Shown: piece after piece, positions 1 through 8,434 of the stretch
Layout: every line of letters begins with the position of its first letter
Numbering within the stretch: position 1 is the first letter of the stretch
Virus record (IMG/VR): IMGVR_UViG_3300029515_000012
Span: 1-42,455 of that record
Reading direction: 5' to 3' (one strand)
DNA: 42,455 nt
From: a virus
The notes under the pieces: generated by a model
What the model was told of the DNA's origin: nothing
The model's database searches: none
Seen by the model: the letters and a program-made list of their open reading frames with translations, nothing else
Position numbers and translations under genes: made by a program

Positions 1-108
1 GCTGAATGAAAAGCATGCAGATTCTTCCATAAACGGGTATATCTGGCGCACAGGAAACGGCCTGTTTTCCGTGAGCGTAAATGTGGCCCTGCCCTTGGAC
101 GGAGATGG
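1..108. repeat. Terminal direct repeat copy 1 (identical to 42348..42455), a circular-closure overlap
   Basis: Read directly: gctgaatgaaaagcatgcag...ggacggagatgg is present at both ends, 108/108 identical. Confidence 0.95.
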
Positions 109-1027
109 CCAGACGCACGAAGCTACGCAAAGAACGGTTACGCCGGATATCACATGCGCCACGCACTCAAAATCCCTTCCGCCTGAGACGGAATACGATC
201 TCAAAGACACGGTCTCGAAAAATTGGAAAATCGAAAAGCAGGGAGACGGCTATGCCGTCTTGTTCAACGGTGCAGCCCTGACGGATTCTTCCGTTGTCCG
301 TTACGATTCTGCGCCACGGTACACCTTTGGCGATGGACGAAATTTTGGCGTTACATGGGATGTCATCCAAAATGAGCTTGTGGATGTATACGGCGGGTAT
401 CTGATCGTCCGGCACGAAAACGGGGCCCGGTATCTGGACTACGTCCGGGAAGTGCAGGAGAAAAACGGGCAGCCCATCGCATTCGGCACAAACCTGCTCG
501 ACCTGAGCAGCTACGTCAAAGCAGAGGATATCGTCACCCGCGTCATTGCCGTCGGAAAAAAGAAATCCGGCTGGTTTTTGTGGGAGAAAACCAACACCAT
601 CACGGCAACCGCTAACGACGCCACCGCGCAAAAGCTGTTTGGCATCATCGCGCGGGTCATTGTGCAGGACGGAACCGAAAACACAACGCAGTCGCTTCTG
701 GATGCCGCAAACGCGGAGCTGTCCAAAAACTTGCGTTACCTTGACGGAATCACGGTAAAGGCTGTGGACCTCAAGGATGCCGGCGTGGATATCGCCCGCC
801 TTGGCTTTGGCAAGATGACACACATCTACTCCAACCCGCACGGGGTGAACACCTGGCTTTTGTGCTCTAAGCTTGTGGAGCCTTTGGCCGCGCCGGACAA
901 AAAAGAATTCACGCTGGGCATTGATTTCTCCAGCGTCAGCGACTTGCAGGCCCTGAGCGCACGAAAAGCCAGTGACGCCTATGACCTGAGCCGCTCGCTG
1001 AAGGGCTATGCATCCGCAAAGGGGTGA
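1..1027 (+). CDS. Tail-associated protein (Tal, prophage-tail endopeptidase-type family), C-terminal part of the gene that starts at 41701 and crosses the circular junction
   Basis: The ORF from ATG 41701 is open to the window end. Through the overlap (42349 = position 2) it is in frame with the track ORF 71..1027, with no stop in 2..70. Total about 557 aa. It follows Dit. Confidence 0.8.
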   Translation, partial: LNEKHADSSINGYIWRTGNGLFSVSVNVALPLDGDGQTHEATQRTVTPDITCATHSKSLPPETEYDLKDTVSKNWKIEKQGDGYAVLFNGAALTDSSVVRYDSAPRYTFGDGRNFGVTWDVIQNELVDVYGGYLIVRHENGARYLDYVREVQEKNGQPIAFGTNLLDLSSYVKAEDIVTRVIAVGKKKSGWFLWEKTNTITATANDATAQKLFGIIARVIVQDGTENTTQSLLDAANAELSKNLRYLDGITVKAVDLKDAGVDIARLGFGKMTHIYSNPHGVNTWLLCSKLVEPLAAPDKKEFTLGIDFSSVSDLQALSARKASDAYDLSRSLKGYASAKG

Positions 1028-2123
1028 TAAATTGGATAAGACATTTGACGAAGCAATTTCCGAAGTCCGCAATGCAGAACGCGGCGTGGAAGTACGGGAA
1101 GCCCTTGCACAGGGCTTTGAGTATGTGAAGCAGTATGGCGAGGCTGTTATCGCGCGGCAGGAAGAAGCTGTTCAGAGTGCGGAAACAGCCACAAACGCGG
1201 CGGCAACTGCCACAGAACAGGCCGCAGCAGCAGCCCAGACAGTCAAAGACGCCACTGCAAAAGCCATAAGCGCAGCGCAAGAGCAGGCAGGTATTTCGGC
1301 ATCAAAAGCCGAGGAATCTGCTTCCAGTGCAGCAGGAGCAGCGGCCAGTCAAACTGCTGCCGCGTCTAGTGCATCTGCCGCAAAGGCCAGCGAGGAAGCA
1401 GCTGCAAAGAGTGCCGCCGACGCAAAGGTTATCGTGTCCACTGACACGACCCTGACCGTATCTGGTGCACCGGCTGACGCAAAGGCGACCGGCGACGCCC
1501 TGGCTCAGAGGTATACCAAAGCCCAGGCCGACGCCAAGTTCGGCACGCCGTACAGCCTGCCCGCAGCTACGGTCAGCACGCTGGGCGGCGTGAAGGTGGG
1601 CGACTATCTGGACATCGCCCCGGACGGCACCCTCAGCGCCAAAACGCTCAATGACAAGATTGCTGCCGCCGTGGCGGTAAAGTCGGAGCCCCGGCTGGTG
1701 TGGAATCACTACGAAGAAACCGGAAAAAGGTGGAAGACCTACGATATCAAAATGCCAGACGGTCTGGACTACGTGCACGTCAAGACGAAATATAACAGCC
1801 CTACCGGCGGGTACGGCGAGGAAGTAGACATTGCAAAAGGCGGCACCGCCAATCATAACTACGGAAATGGCACTGGAATTTTCGCATCCAACACGACTTT
1901 CCGGACAGACGGGACCCTGCACTTTGCAACAGAAACGTCGACCGGCGGCTACACCGTAGAGATCTGGCTCACCGGCTACCACTATCCCACCCTTGCCGAA
2001 CTGCTGACCGAGACCCAGGCCGCGCAGGCGGACACGGATGCCCTGGCGGTAGATCATGAATACCGCGTCGCCCTGCTGGAACTGGGGATGACCGACGACA
2101 CCACCACTGACACCACCACATAA
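1008..2123 (+). CDS. Tail fibre / receptor-binding protein 1
   Basis: 371 aa directly after Tal. Long Ala/Gln/Ser-rich coiled-coil-like stretch. Motif TLTVSGAPADAKATGDAL is shared with ORF 3554..5665. An alternative TTG start at 1032 is preceded by AAAGGGG. Confidence 0.7.
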   Translation: MHPQRGDKLDKTFDEAISEVRNAERGVEVREALAQGFEYVKQYGEAVIARQEEAVQSAETATNAAATATEQAAAAAQTVKDATAKAISAAQEQAGISASKAEESASSAAGAAASQTAAASSASAAKASEEAAAKSAADAKVIVSTDTTLTVSGAPADAKATGDALAQRYTKAQADAKFGTPYSLPAATVSTLGGVKVGDYLDIAPDGTLSAKTLNDKIAAAVAVKSEPRLVWNHYEETGKRWKTYDIKMPDGLDYVHVKTKYNSPTGGYGEEVDIAKGGTANHNYGNGTGIFASNTTFRTDGTLHFATETSTGGYTVEIWLTGYHYPTLAELLTETQAAQADTDALAVDHEYRVALLELGMTDDTTTDTTT

Positions 2124-2136
2124 GGAGGTAAAAACT

Positions 2137-2301
2137 ATGTTGTATCGTATCTGTAAACGCCTGATCGAGCGCGGCCAGACCACTGGCCTTGCGGACAAGC
2201 TGGACGTGTTCTACGCCATTGGCCGCATCACCGAGGCCGAGTACAAGGAGCTGATCGAGCTGCTGGAGGACAAGACCGGCAATAAGAACAAGGAGGCTTA
2301 A
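2137..2301 (+). CDS. XkdX-like small phage protein (54 aa)
   Basis: ATG lies 7 nt after TAAGGAGGT. MLYRICKRLIERGQTTGLADKLDVFYAIGRITEAEYKELIELL resembles XkdX (G-x-IT-x-E-Y). Located between fibre and lysis genes. Below the 60-aa track cutoff. Confidence 0.6.
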   Translation: MLYRICKRLIERGQTTGLADKLDVFYAIGRITEAEYKELIELLEDKTGNKNKEA

Positions 2302-2958
2302 ATGAGTAAAACAATCATGGACGTTTCCCGCTGGCAGGGCAACATCGACTGGGACAAGGTCAAGGCCAGCGGCAAGGTGGACGGTGTGATGCTGCGGGCA
2401 ATGGGCAACAGCAAGACAGGCGCACCCAGCAAGCCGTATCTGGACCCTACCTTTGCCCGCAACTACACGGAGTGCACTCGGTTGGACATCCCGGTGGGCG
2501 TGTATGGCTACTTCAAGGCCGTCAGCCGAGCAGAAGCTGACAAGGAGCTGGCCCTGCTGAAAAGCGCCCTGATCGGCAAGACGCTGCGCCTGCCGGTGGC
2601 TGTGGACGTCGAGGACGCGTTGCCCGCGAAGCTTAGCAAAGAGGTGCTGACCGACCTGACCGCTTACGAGCTGAAAACGGTGCAGGACTGGGGATTTTAC
2701 TCTATCTTGTACACCTACCTGAGCTATGCAGACAAGCACCTTTACATGACCGGCGCGGCGCTCAAGCCCTATGATGTGTGGCTGGCGGCCTACCGTAGCC
2801 AGAAGCCCGCCACGGTATACCCCTATGGGATGTGGCAGCATACCAGCTCCGGCAGCGTTCCGGGCGTTGCAGGCAATGTTGACCTGTCCATTGCCTACAA
2901 GGACTATACCAGCATCATCTGCAAGAAGGGCCTGACCCGTCTCCGGGAGGACGAATGA
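2302..2958 (+). CDS. Endolysin, GH25 muramidase (catalytic domain only)
   Basis: DVSRWQGNIDW near the N-terminus and a VAVDVED acidic motif are typical of GH25 lysozymes. AAGGAGG RBS. Confidence 0.9.
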   Translation: MSKTIMDVSRWQGNIDWDKVKASGKVDGVMLRAMGNSKTGAPSKPYLDPTFARNYTECTRLDIPVGVYGYFKAVSRAEADKELALLKSALIGKTLRLPVAVDVEDALPAKLSKEVLTDLTAYELKTVQDWGFYSILYTYLSYADKHLYMTGAALKPYDVWLAAYRSQKPATVYPYGMWQHTSSGSVPGVAGNVDLSIAYKDYTSIICKKGLTRLREDE

Positions 2959-3212
2959 GCGAGGCTATCACCGTAGCGCTGATTACCGGCGGTCTGAGTT
3001 TGATCGGCGTTATTTACTCCAATAGCCGCACAGCGCAAAACATGGATGCAAAGCTGGACAAGCAGCAGGCCATCACCGAAACCAAACTGGAAGAACTTAC
3101 TCGTGAAGTGAGGGAACACAACAACTTTGCGCAACGAGTCCCGATTTTAGAAGAGCAAATGAAGGTCGCCAATCACCGTATCGCAGACCTTGAACAGGAG
3201 AAAGGAAACTGA
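2955..3212 (+). CDS. Membrane-anchored coiled-coil protein of the lysis cassette (holin-like or accessory)
   Basis: N-terminal hydrophobic helix ITVALITGGLSLIGVIY followed by a heptad-like charged segment. ATGA overlap with the endolysin stop. Confidence 0.5.
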   Translation: MSEAITVALITGGLSLIGVIYSNSRTAQNMDAKLDKQQAITETKLEELTREVREHNNFAQRVPILEEQMKVANHRIADLEQEKGN

Positions 3213-3214
3213 AC

Positions 3215-3550
3215 ATGGCAGCAATTCTTAATTTCATCCCCGCCCCCGTCGCAATCGTTCTCATCATCGTCGGCTTTGTGGCTCTGGCAGTCGGCGCTAT
3301 CCGCATGGGCTATAAGCAGCTGGTCAAAGATCTGGCCTATGACCTCGTGTGCAAGGCCGAGGACAGCATCATGGGCAGCGGCCAGGGCGCAAAGAAAAAG
3401 AAGCAGGTCTTTGACGCGCTACGTGCGGCCTGCCCTGCATGGCTGAAGCCTATCATCACGGATGAAGTGCTTGACGCGGTGATTGAAAAGGCCGTAAGCC
3501 TGATGAAGAAGGCACTGGCAGATAATCATCCTGCTATCAACAAGGAGTAA
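3215..3550 (+). CDS. Holin, LL-H-like family
   Basis: Single N-terminal TM (IPAPVAIVLIIVGFVALAVGAI), GSGQGAKKKK and a C-terminal DAVIEKAV motif as in LL-H type holins. Adjacent to the lysin. Confidence 0.65.
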   Translation: MAAILNFIPAPVAIVLIIVGFVALAVGAIRMGYKQLVKDLAYDLVCKAEDSIMGSGQGAKKKKQVFDALRAACPAWLKPIITDEVLDAVIEKAVSLMKKALADNHPAINKE

Positions 3551-3553
3551 TTT

Positions 3554-5665
3554 ATGATCGAGCTAAGCGTATCTCTCGCATCCAATGGCGTCGTCAAAGT
3601 GCCGGGCTATGAGCAGCTGGTGCGCTTTGGCTACACCAAAAACTGGGGCGTGTACCGCCTTGCCGTCACCGCTTCCGGCGAGTGGGAGGGCCTGACCATC
3701 CGGGCTTTCTGGCACGTCCCGGACGGCAAAGACCCGGCATCCTCGCTGGTGGTGGACGGCTATGTGGCCGTGCCCGCCAGCGTGACCGCACAGCCCGGCA
3801 ATGGGTGCGTGACCTTCGAGGGAAGCGATGGCACCCGCACCGTGACAAGTGCAGATCTGCGCTACCGTGTGGCCGCCAACTCCGGCACGGAGGACGGCAG
3901 CATGCCGGAGCCTGGCACCCCTGCATGGCAGGAGCTGGTGGATGCCGTGCACACCGATGCCACCGCCGCAGAGCAGGCTAAGACCGACGCGCAGACTGCA
4001 GCACAGCAGGCAGGAGCAGCCGCACAAAAGGCCGCTGCCAGCGAGAAAGCCGCCGGTGACGCACAGAAAAAGGCCGCCGAGAGCTTGCAGGAGCTCAAGA
4101 ACGGCATTGCATCCGGAGACTTTAAGGGCGAGCCGGGCACATCGCCCACAGTCACCGTGCAGGATATCACTGGCGGCCATCGTATCGTCATCACCGACGC
4201 GACCGGGACCAGCTCTGTCGATGTGCTGAATGGCAAGCAAGGCGACCCAGGTAGACCGGGTGATACAGGCGCAACACCTGAGCTCACAATCGGTACGGTG
4301 GAAGAGGGCGACGCGCCATCTGCGACAATTACTGGCACGGCTAAAAATCCCGTGCTAAACTTTACACTTAAAAGCGGCGCACCCGGCAAAGACGCCACCG
4401 TAGATGCCACCCTGAGCCAGAGCGGGCAGGCAGCTGACGCTAAAGTGACCGGCGATGCGCTGGCAAGCAAAGCAGTCATCGACGACGCCACAGTCGGCAC
4501 CGACGCATGGAGCAGCAAGCACATCGTGGACATGCTCTGCCCGCCCATCTCTGAAACCGGGAATCCTGTTGTGTGTCACCCCGTGGCGGGGAGTAAACTT
4601 TGCTGTAAGGTGAGCTGGGAGCCGACGCAGGAGGGCAGCGGTGACCCAAGCCCGGATAACATCCGGCCTATTTCCGGGCGGGATGCGGTGAAAGTGGAAC
4701 GGTGCGGGGAGAATCTGCTGAATTTGCCTATTGAAAAAGAATCGGGTGGAATCAGTGTTACAACAGAACCTGATGGGCGCTATCACTTGAGAGGCACATT
4801 GAATATGGACGGATTTTCGTGTAGCATCGGCACCGTCCGCCTGCCAGCAGGTACATACACTGTAAACCGAGCTTCAATCAGTACTCCTTTGTCTACTAAT
4901 GCAATTGTAATTACACTCAGAAAAAATACACCTACCGGCAGTGTAGCTTGGATTGAAACAAGTATCGGTGTCGGCAAAAATACTGGCAGCTTAGCCAAGC
5001 CAACAAATATTTCAATTTCCTTTTATGGCGCAATCGCATCTATTAAAAAGGGCACGGTGATAGATACATATTTTGAGCTTATACTTGTTTCTGGCACCAC
5101 CGCCCCCACCACCTACGCCCCATACACCGGCCAAACCTCCACTCTGACCCTGCCCCGCACCATCTACGGCGGTACGGTGGATGCAGTGACGGGAGAGGGG
5201 CAGGAGGCGTGGAAGTTGTTGACGCTGGATGGAACGGAACCATGGAATGCCGTTGGATCAGGTGATACTCTTTATTTTCAGAGCACTTCGATTTCCATTG
5301 GAACAAGAGTGCTGTCCAGGGGCGATTATTGCACAACGTTCCCTATTGCATCGGTTTCAAGTTCGAATACGGTACAAGGAGTAAACGGGTGGAAAACATC
5401 CCTATATCTGCGTTGGTCTACATTTGCGAACGTTGCCGCTTTGAAATCCTACCTCGCCGCCCAGTACGCAGCCGGAACCCCTGTGCAAGTCTGCTACAAG
5501 CTCGCCACTCCCACCCCTTTCATCGCGACAGGCGCACAGCCTATCCCCGCCCTCCCCGGCGTGAACACACTGATGACCGACGCGGACAGCGTGACGGTGA
5601 CCGGCAGAGCGGACCCCATCAAGCGCATCACTGACCTTGAGGACGCAGTAGCGTCCATGACCTAA
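3554..5665 (+). CDS. Tail fibre / receptor-binding protein 2 with collagen-like segment
   Basis: 703 aa. Ala-rich coiled coil, Gly-X-Y run (GEPGTSP...GKQGDPGRPGDTGATP), and motif TLSQSGQAADAKVTGDAL shared with fibre 1. The C-terminal half is AT-richer. Confidence 0.7.
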   Translation: MIELSVSLASNGVVKVPGYEQLVRFGYTKNWGVYRLAVTASGEWEGLTIRAFWHVPDGKDPASSLVVDGYVAVPASVTAQPGNGCVTFEGSDGTRTVTSADLRYRVAANSGTEDGSMPEPGTPAWQELVDAVHTDATAAEQAKTDAQTAAQQAGAAAQKAAASEKAAGDAQKKAAESLQELKNGIASGDFKGEPGTSPTVTVQDITGGHRIVITDATGTSSVDVLNGKQGDPGRPGDTGATPELTIGTVEEGDAPSATITGTAKNPVLNFTLKSGAPGKDATVDATLSQSGQAADAKVTGDALASKAVIDDATVGTDAWSSKHIVDMLCPPISETGNPVVCHPVAGSKLCCKVSWEPTQEGSGDPSPDNIRPISGRDAVKVERCGENLLNLPIEKESGGISVTTEPDGRYHLRGTLNMDGFSCSIGTVRLPAGTYTVNRASISTPLSTNAIVITLRKNTPTGSVAWIETSIGVGKNTGSLAKPTNISISFYGAIASIKKGTVIDTYFELILVSGTTAPTTYAPYTGQTSTLTLPRTIYGGTVDAVTGEGQEAWKLLTLDGTEPWNAVGSGDTLYFQSTSISIGTRVLSRGDYCTTFPIASVSSSNTVQGVNGWKTSLYLRWSTFANVAALKSYLAAQYAAGTPVQVCYKLATPTPFIATGAQPIPALPGVNTLMTDADSVTVTGRADPIKRITDLEDAVASMT

Positions 5666-5676
5666 AGGAGGTACAT

Positions 5677-5913
5677 ATGGCAATTAAATCGAAAGCACGC
5701 CACGACCTGACCCTGCGCTCCATCAAGCGAGAAATCGCCGCCGGACGCGACGTGGCATACTGGCTGGACAAGGCTTACACCCATCTGGACAGCGGATTGC
5801 TGACGGAGGACGACATCGCAGAGGTGGAAGCTCTGGCAAAGGCGTACTATGACGCACTGGACGCGGAGGACAGCGCGATTGATGCGCCGGACGATATGAC
5901 GCAGGAGGAATGA
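5677..5913 (+). CDS. Hypothetical acidic protein (78 aa)
   Basis: ATG is preceded by AAAGGAGGT. Immediately follows fibre 2. Confidence 0.5.
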   Translation: MAIKSKARHDLTLRSIKREIAAGRDVAYWLDKAYTHLDSGLLTEDDIAEVEALAKAYYDALDAEDSAIDAPDDMTQEE

Positions 5914-5928
5914 CCATGAGCAGCACTA

Positions 5929-6140
5929 CATATCCTGAAAAGTGGCCCAAAACGGCCATTTTAACAAATGAGTTCAACTTTTTAGCTGTTAAAAGTCGAA
6001 CTCATTGCGATTTTGGTAACGTCAACAAAATCGTGAAACCTGACCATTTTGCCAACCCCGGCAAAATGTTCGCCGCACAAGAACAATTTCGTGACATCAC
6101 GAAAATGGTGACAAAACGTCACCATTTTGCCGTGCTTGGC
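5929..6140. repeat. Array of seven consecutive palindromes/hairpins, including two roughly 47-bp imperfect direct repeats
   Basis: Hairpins read directly: 5929-5952, 5957-5996 (16-bp arms, 1 mismatch), 5998-6023, 6035-6058 (CATTTTGCC-N6-GGCAAAATG), 6077-6094 (TTTCGTGA-ca-TCACGAAA), 6095-6115 (ATGGTGAC-N5-GTCACCAT), 6110-6139 (CACCATTTTGCC-N6-GGCAATATGGTG). Confidence 0.85.
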
Positions 6141-6252
6141 AATATGGTGCGCAACGCCGGACAGCTGCCGCAGCCTTTCTGGCTCGGTGCTGCCTGTGGC
6201 GGCGGCTCGTGTGGTGCTGCCCGCTGCGCTGCAAGGACTTGACCGGCAGCAG

Positions 6253-6420
6253 ATGACCACCGCGATCAAAAGCGCACCGCTTGGGAGGGTAGACCGTAAG
6301 ATAGCCTTACTGCGGTACGTTGAGCGGCTCCCGCTGCCGGACATTGCAGCACAAACACATTACAGCCGGACAGCGATAGGCTACCGGCTGAAAGGCATTG
6401 AAAAAATGCTGAATGTGTGA
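6253..6420 (+). CDS. Small sigma-70 region-4-like HTH protein (start uncertain, frame open from 6127)
   Basis: RKIALLRYVERLPLPDIAAQTHYSRTAIGYRLKGIEKML resembles a region 4.2 HTH. No convincing RBS. Confidence 0.4.
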   Translation: MTTAIKSAPLGRVDRKIALLRYVERLPLPDIAAQTHYSRTAIGYRLKGIEKMLNV

Positions 6421-6479
6421 TATACTGTTTATACCGTCCGAAGTAGAGTACACACACTTCGGAGAAATGTGTACAGAGA

Positions 6480-6517
6480 GCCAGCGGAAGAACGTTTACC
6501 CGCTGGCTTTTCTTTTT
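6480..6517 (+). terminator. Rho-independent terminator
   Basis: GCCAGCGG-N12-CCGCTGGC followed by TTTTCTTTTT. Confidence 0.8.
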
Positions 6518-6635
6518 GCACGAATTGTGGTATAATAATCTCAACAAATCTGCCCGGCCTCTCGAAGAAGCGCATTAGGGTGGATATCTGAACCCATCAA
6601 GCCTCTCAACGATGCGTATCATGGTGGGTCTTTAA

Positions 6636-6706
6636 GGCTATGTAGCTCAGTTGGTAGAGCAGGGCGCACCCCGTCTATTGCGCTGGTTCAATTCCAGCCA
6701 TAGCAA
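6636..6706 (+). ncRNA. tRNA-like element or tRNA pseudogene with a 5-nt loop in place of the anticodon loop
   Basis: Acceptor GGCTATG/CATAGCA (1:72 mismatch). Canonical D arm GCTC-AGTTGGTA-GAGC. Stem GGGCG/CGTCT (2 G-U) closing only CACCC. Canonical T arm GCTGG-TTCAATT-CCAGC. 71 nt, no CCA. Confidence 0.4.
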
Positions 6707-6835
6707 GTCCGAAAATGCTTGAACGGTTTTGAATAGTGCGCATACGTCAAAATTGCGATAGCAGAAGTAGGCATTTTTAGTTGATACAGTCTCCCACCCG
6801 CCTACTTACAGTGCGTACCATGCGGGAGACGCAGA

Positions 6836-6877
6836 AATCCCCCGGTGTTCCGTTTGGAGCATTGGGGGATTTTTTTA
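6836..6877. terminator. Terminator hairpin between convergent units
   Basis: AATCCCCC-N20-GGGGGATT followed by TTTTTT on the plus strand. It abuts the stop of the minus-strand gene 6875..7576. Confidence 0.7.
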
Positions 6878-7576
6878 CTTTTTCTTCAATTCCTCAAGCC
6901 TGCTGGAAAGCTCTTCTTCCCATCCTTCATGTTCTTTAAGGTATGGGGCGTAGATCAGTTCTTCGGCCTCTTTGCGGGCCGCAACGGCTTCCTCGACGGT
7001 GTCGTAGCTGCCGAGATGGTACTGCTTCCGCCGAAAATTGATATATGCACGCCATCGGCCATGGTGGTCTTTGCACACGCCATTTGCGCCAGAAGTGGAA
7101 TTTTTATTGATATGGCCTCCAACCCTTGTGCGAATCGACATAATGGAAGAGCCACCCGCGTAAGCTGTGCTGTGAATTGCCCCGGTTTTCTCTCCAATGT
7201 CCCTGTTGCAATCTGCGCAATGCTGGATCCGAGAAAGCCTTGTGATCTTTACGGTGGTTTCCTTCCCACATTTCGGGCAAATAGCACGGCACAGAAAGCA
7301 ACCTGACCTCTTTTCGGGCAAAACTTCCAATACTTTCCATCCGTTAATGACGTGTCCCTCTTTTTCCTTTGCCTTTTTCAGTCTTGCGCTTGTCAGGCCT
7401 GGCTTTTGCCCTCGATTCGCACAAGACAGACAGCTGCGGCTTTTGCCAAGACGCAGGGAGCTGTCATACACGTCTTTTACCACTCCGCACTCACACTGGC
7501 ATGTGTAGTAGTGCGGCTTTTCAGACGGCGCAAGTACCGTCCACTTTCCAAAATGCTTTCCAGTCAAATCTGCCAT
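6875..7576 (-). CDS. AP2-domain DNA-binding protein with two Cys4 zinc-ribbon-like modules
   Basis: C-terminal GVCKDHHGRWRAYINFRRKQYHLGSYDTVEEAVAARKEAE fits the AP2 pattern. N-terminal repeats: GKWTVL..CQCECG..CLSC and GWKVLE..CPKCG..CADC. Confidence 0.65.
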   Translation of the reverse strand: MADLTGKHFGKWTVLAPSEKPHYYTCQCECGVVKDVYDSSLRLGKSRSCLSCANRGQKPGLTSARLKKAKEKEGHVINGWKVLEVLPEKRSGCFLCRAICPKCGKETTVKITRLSRIQHCADCNRDIGEKTGAIHSTAYAGGSSIMSIRTRVGGHINKNSTSGANGVCKDHHGRWRAYINFRRKQYHLGSYDTVEEAVAARKEAEELIYAPYLKEHEGWEEELSSRLEELKKK

Positions 7577-7586
7577 AACATTCTCC

Positions 7587-7904
7587 TCAGATCAGCCCAT
7601 AGTGCTCGGCCAGCAGGAAGCGGACGTATTCCGGGCAGTCGCGCTCGCCCAAACACCACCCCTGCACCGTGCGGCGCGGGATGCCCGCACCCTTTGCAAA
7701 GGCGGTCTGGCTGATGCCGGATGCCACCACCATCTCCCGCACGCTCATGCGTGCTGCTGCCCAGATACGGCCCAGACGGTCTTTCTCGGCGTCCAGATCG
7801 GCGCAGCCATCGGAATCGTCCGGGATGCTGAGGGTGACGTTACCGAGAAAAACTTCTTTCGGCTGCTTGGCAGCCATGTCAAAAAGTTCTGCTTTGCTAT
7901 ACAT
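7587..7904 (-). CDS. HTH DNA-binding protein (C-terminal HTH), candidate autoregulator of this operon
   Basis: MSVREMVVASGISQTAFAKGAGIPRRTVQGW helix-turn-helix pattern. Lies downstream of the acidic ORF on the same strand. Confidence 0.6.
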   Translation of the reverse strand: MYSKAELFDMAAKQPKEVFLGNVTLSIPDDSDGCADLDAEKDRLGRIWAAARMSVREMVVASGISQTAFAKGAGIPRRTVQGWCLGERDCPEYVRFLLAEHYGLI

Positions 7905-8013
7905 GGTTGACTTCCTTTCTTTCGCATGATAATATGTTCGTGTACCTCCATGGTACGTCTTTCACAAAATCCCCTGTCAGATGTTGCGAGCATCCGGCAG
8001 GGGATTTTTTTAT

Positions 8014-8340
8014 TTACAGGTTAATCCACTCTTCGTTCTCTTTGAGTGTCTCGACGTACTGGGGGTAGAGGTCGCTGATGATGACGTCCTTCTCCATGTC
8101 GTCCAGCTCGCCCTGCATGACGGCTTCGGACTGCTCCTCGGTCAGATTCATGTCGGCGGTGATGGTCCACTCGGCATCGTCATGATTGTGTACGAGGTTG
8201 CCGTCGGCGTCGATGTGAGCGTAGATCGTCCAGACGGTTTCGCCGTCCTCACAATCCATGGTCTTGTATTCGTTAGGTTCCACCTCGGTGCCGTTCTCCA
8301 TGACCTTTGCGGCGAACTCTTCAGCGTTAAGGATCTTCAT
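8014..8340 (-). CDS. Very acidic small protein (108 aa, about 28 D/E versus 5 K and 0 R by hand count)
   Basis: ATG lies 7 nt after GGAGGT on the minus strand. The track ORF start at 8355 sits inside that RBS. Confidence 0.65.
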   Translation of the reverse strand: MKILNAEEFAAKVMENGTEVEPNEYKTMDCEDGETVWTIYAHIDADGNLVHNHDDAEWTITADMNLTEEQSEAVMQGELDDMEKDVIISDLYPQYVETLKENEEWINL

Positions 8341-8387
8341 ATTTTTTACCTCCATGTTGTTGTGTGTTGGTGTCTTTCACTGTCTTT

Positions 8388-8416
8388 ATTATACGCTCAT
8401 TGAGCGCAAAAGTCAA
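8388..8416 (-). promoter_or_regulatory. Sigma-70-type promoter TTGACT-17-TATAAT with a palindromic operator in the spacer
   Basis: Minus strand reads aggcTTGACTtttgcgctcaatgagcgTATAATaaagaca. The palindrome CGCTCA-N-TGAGCG (plus coordinates 8394-8406) sits between -35 and -10. Confidence 0.75.
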
Positions 8417-8434
8417 GCCTGTTTGTAAAATTTT

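Noticed and set aside
1008-5665. Diversity-generating retroelement targeting the fibre genes
   Set aside because: There is no reverse transcriptase gene anywhere in the genome. I found no template-repeat copy of either fibre 3-prime end.
5910-6242. 110-aa plus-strand ORF across the palindrome array (an ATG at 5916 even has AGGAGG 8 nt upstream), and its mirror ORF 5982..6344 on the minus strand
   Set aside because: Both strands are open only because the DNA is palindromic. The peptide ends in a non-protein-like GAACGGGSCGAARCAART tail. It is kept as a DNA/RNA element, although a repeat protein cannot be fully excluded.
5929-6420. Retron or ToxI-like repeat RNA
   Set aside because: There is no reverse transcriptase or toxin gene adjacent. 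The repeats are mostly inverted rather than the regular direct repeats of type III antitoxins.
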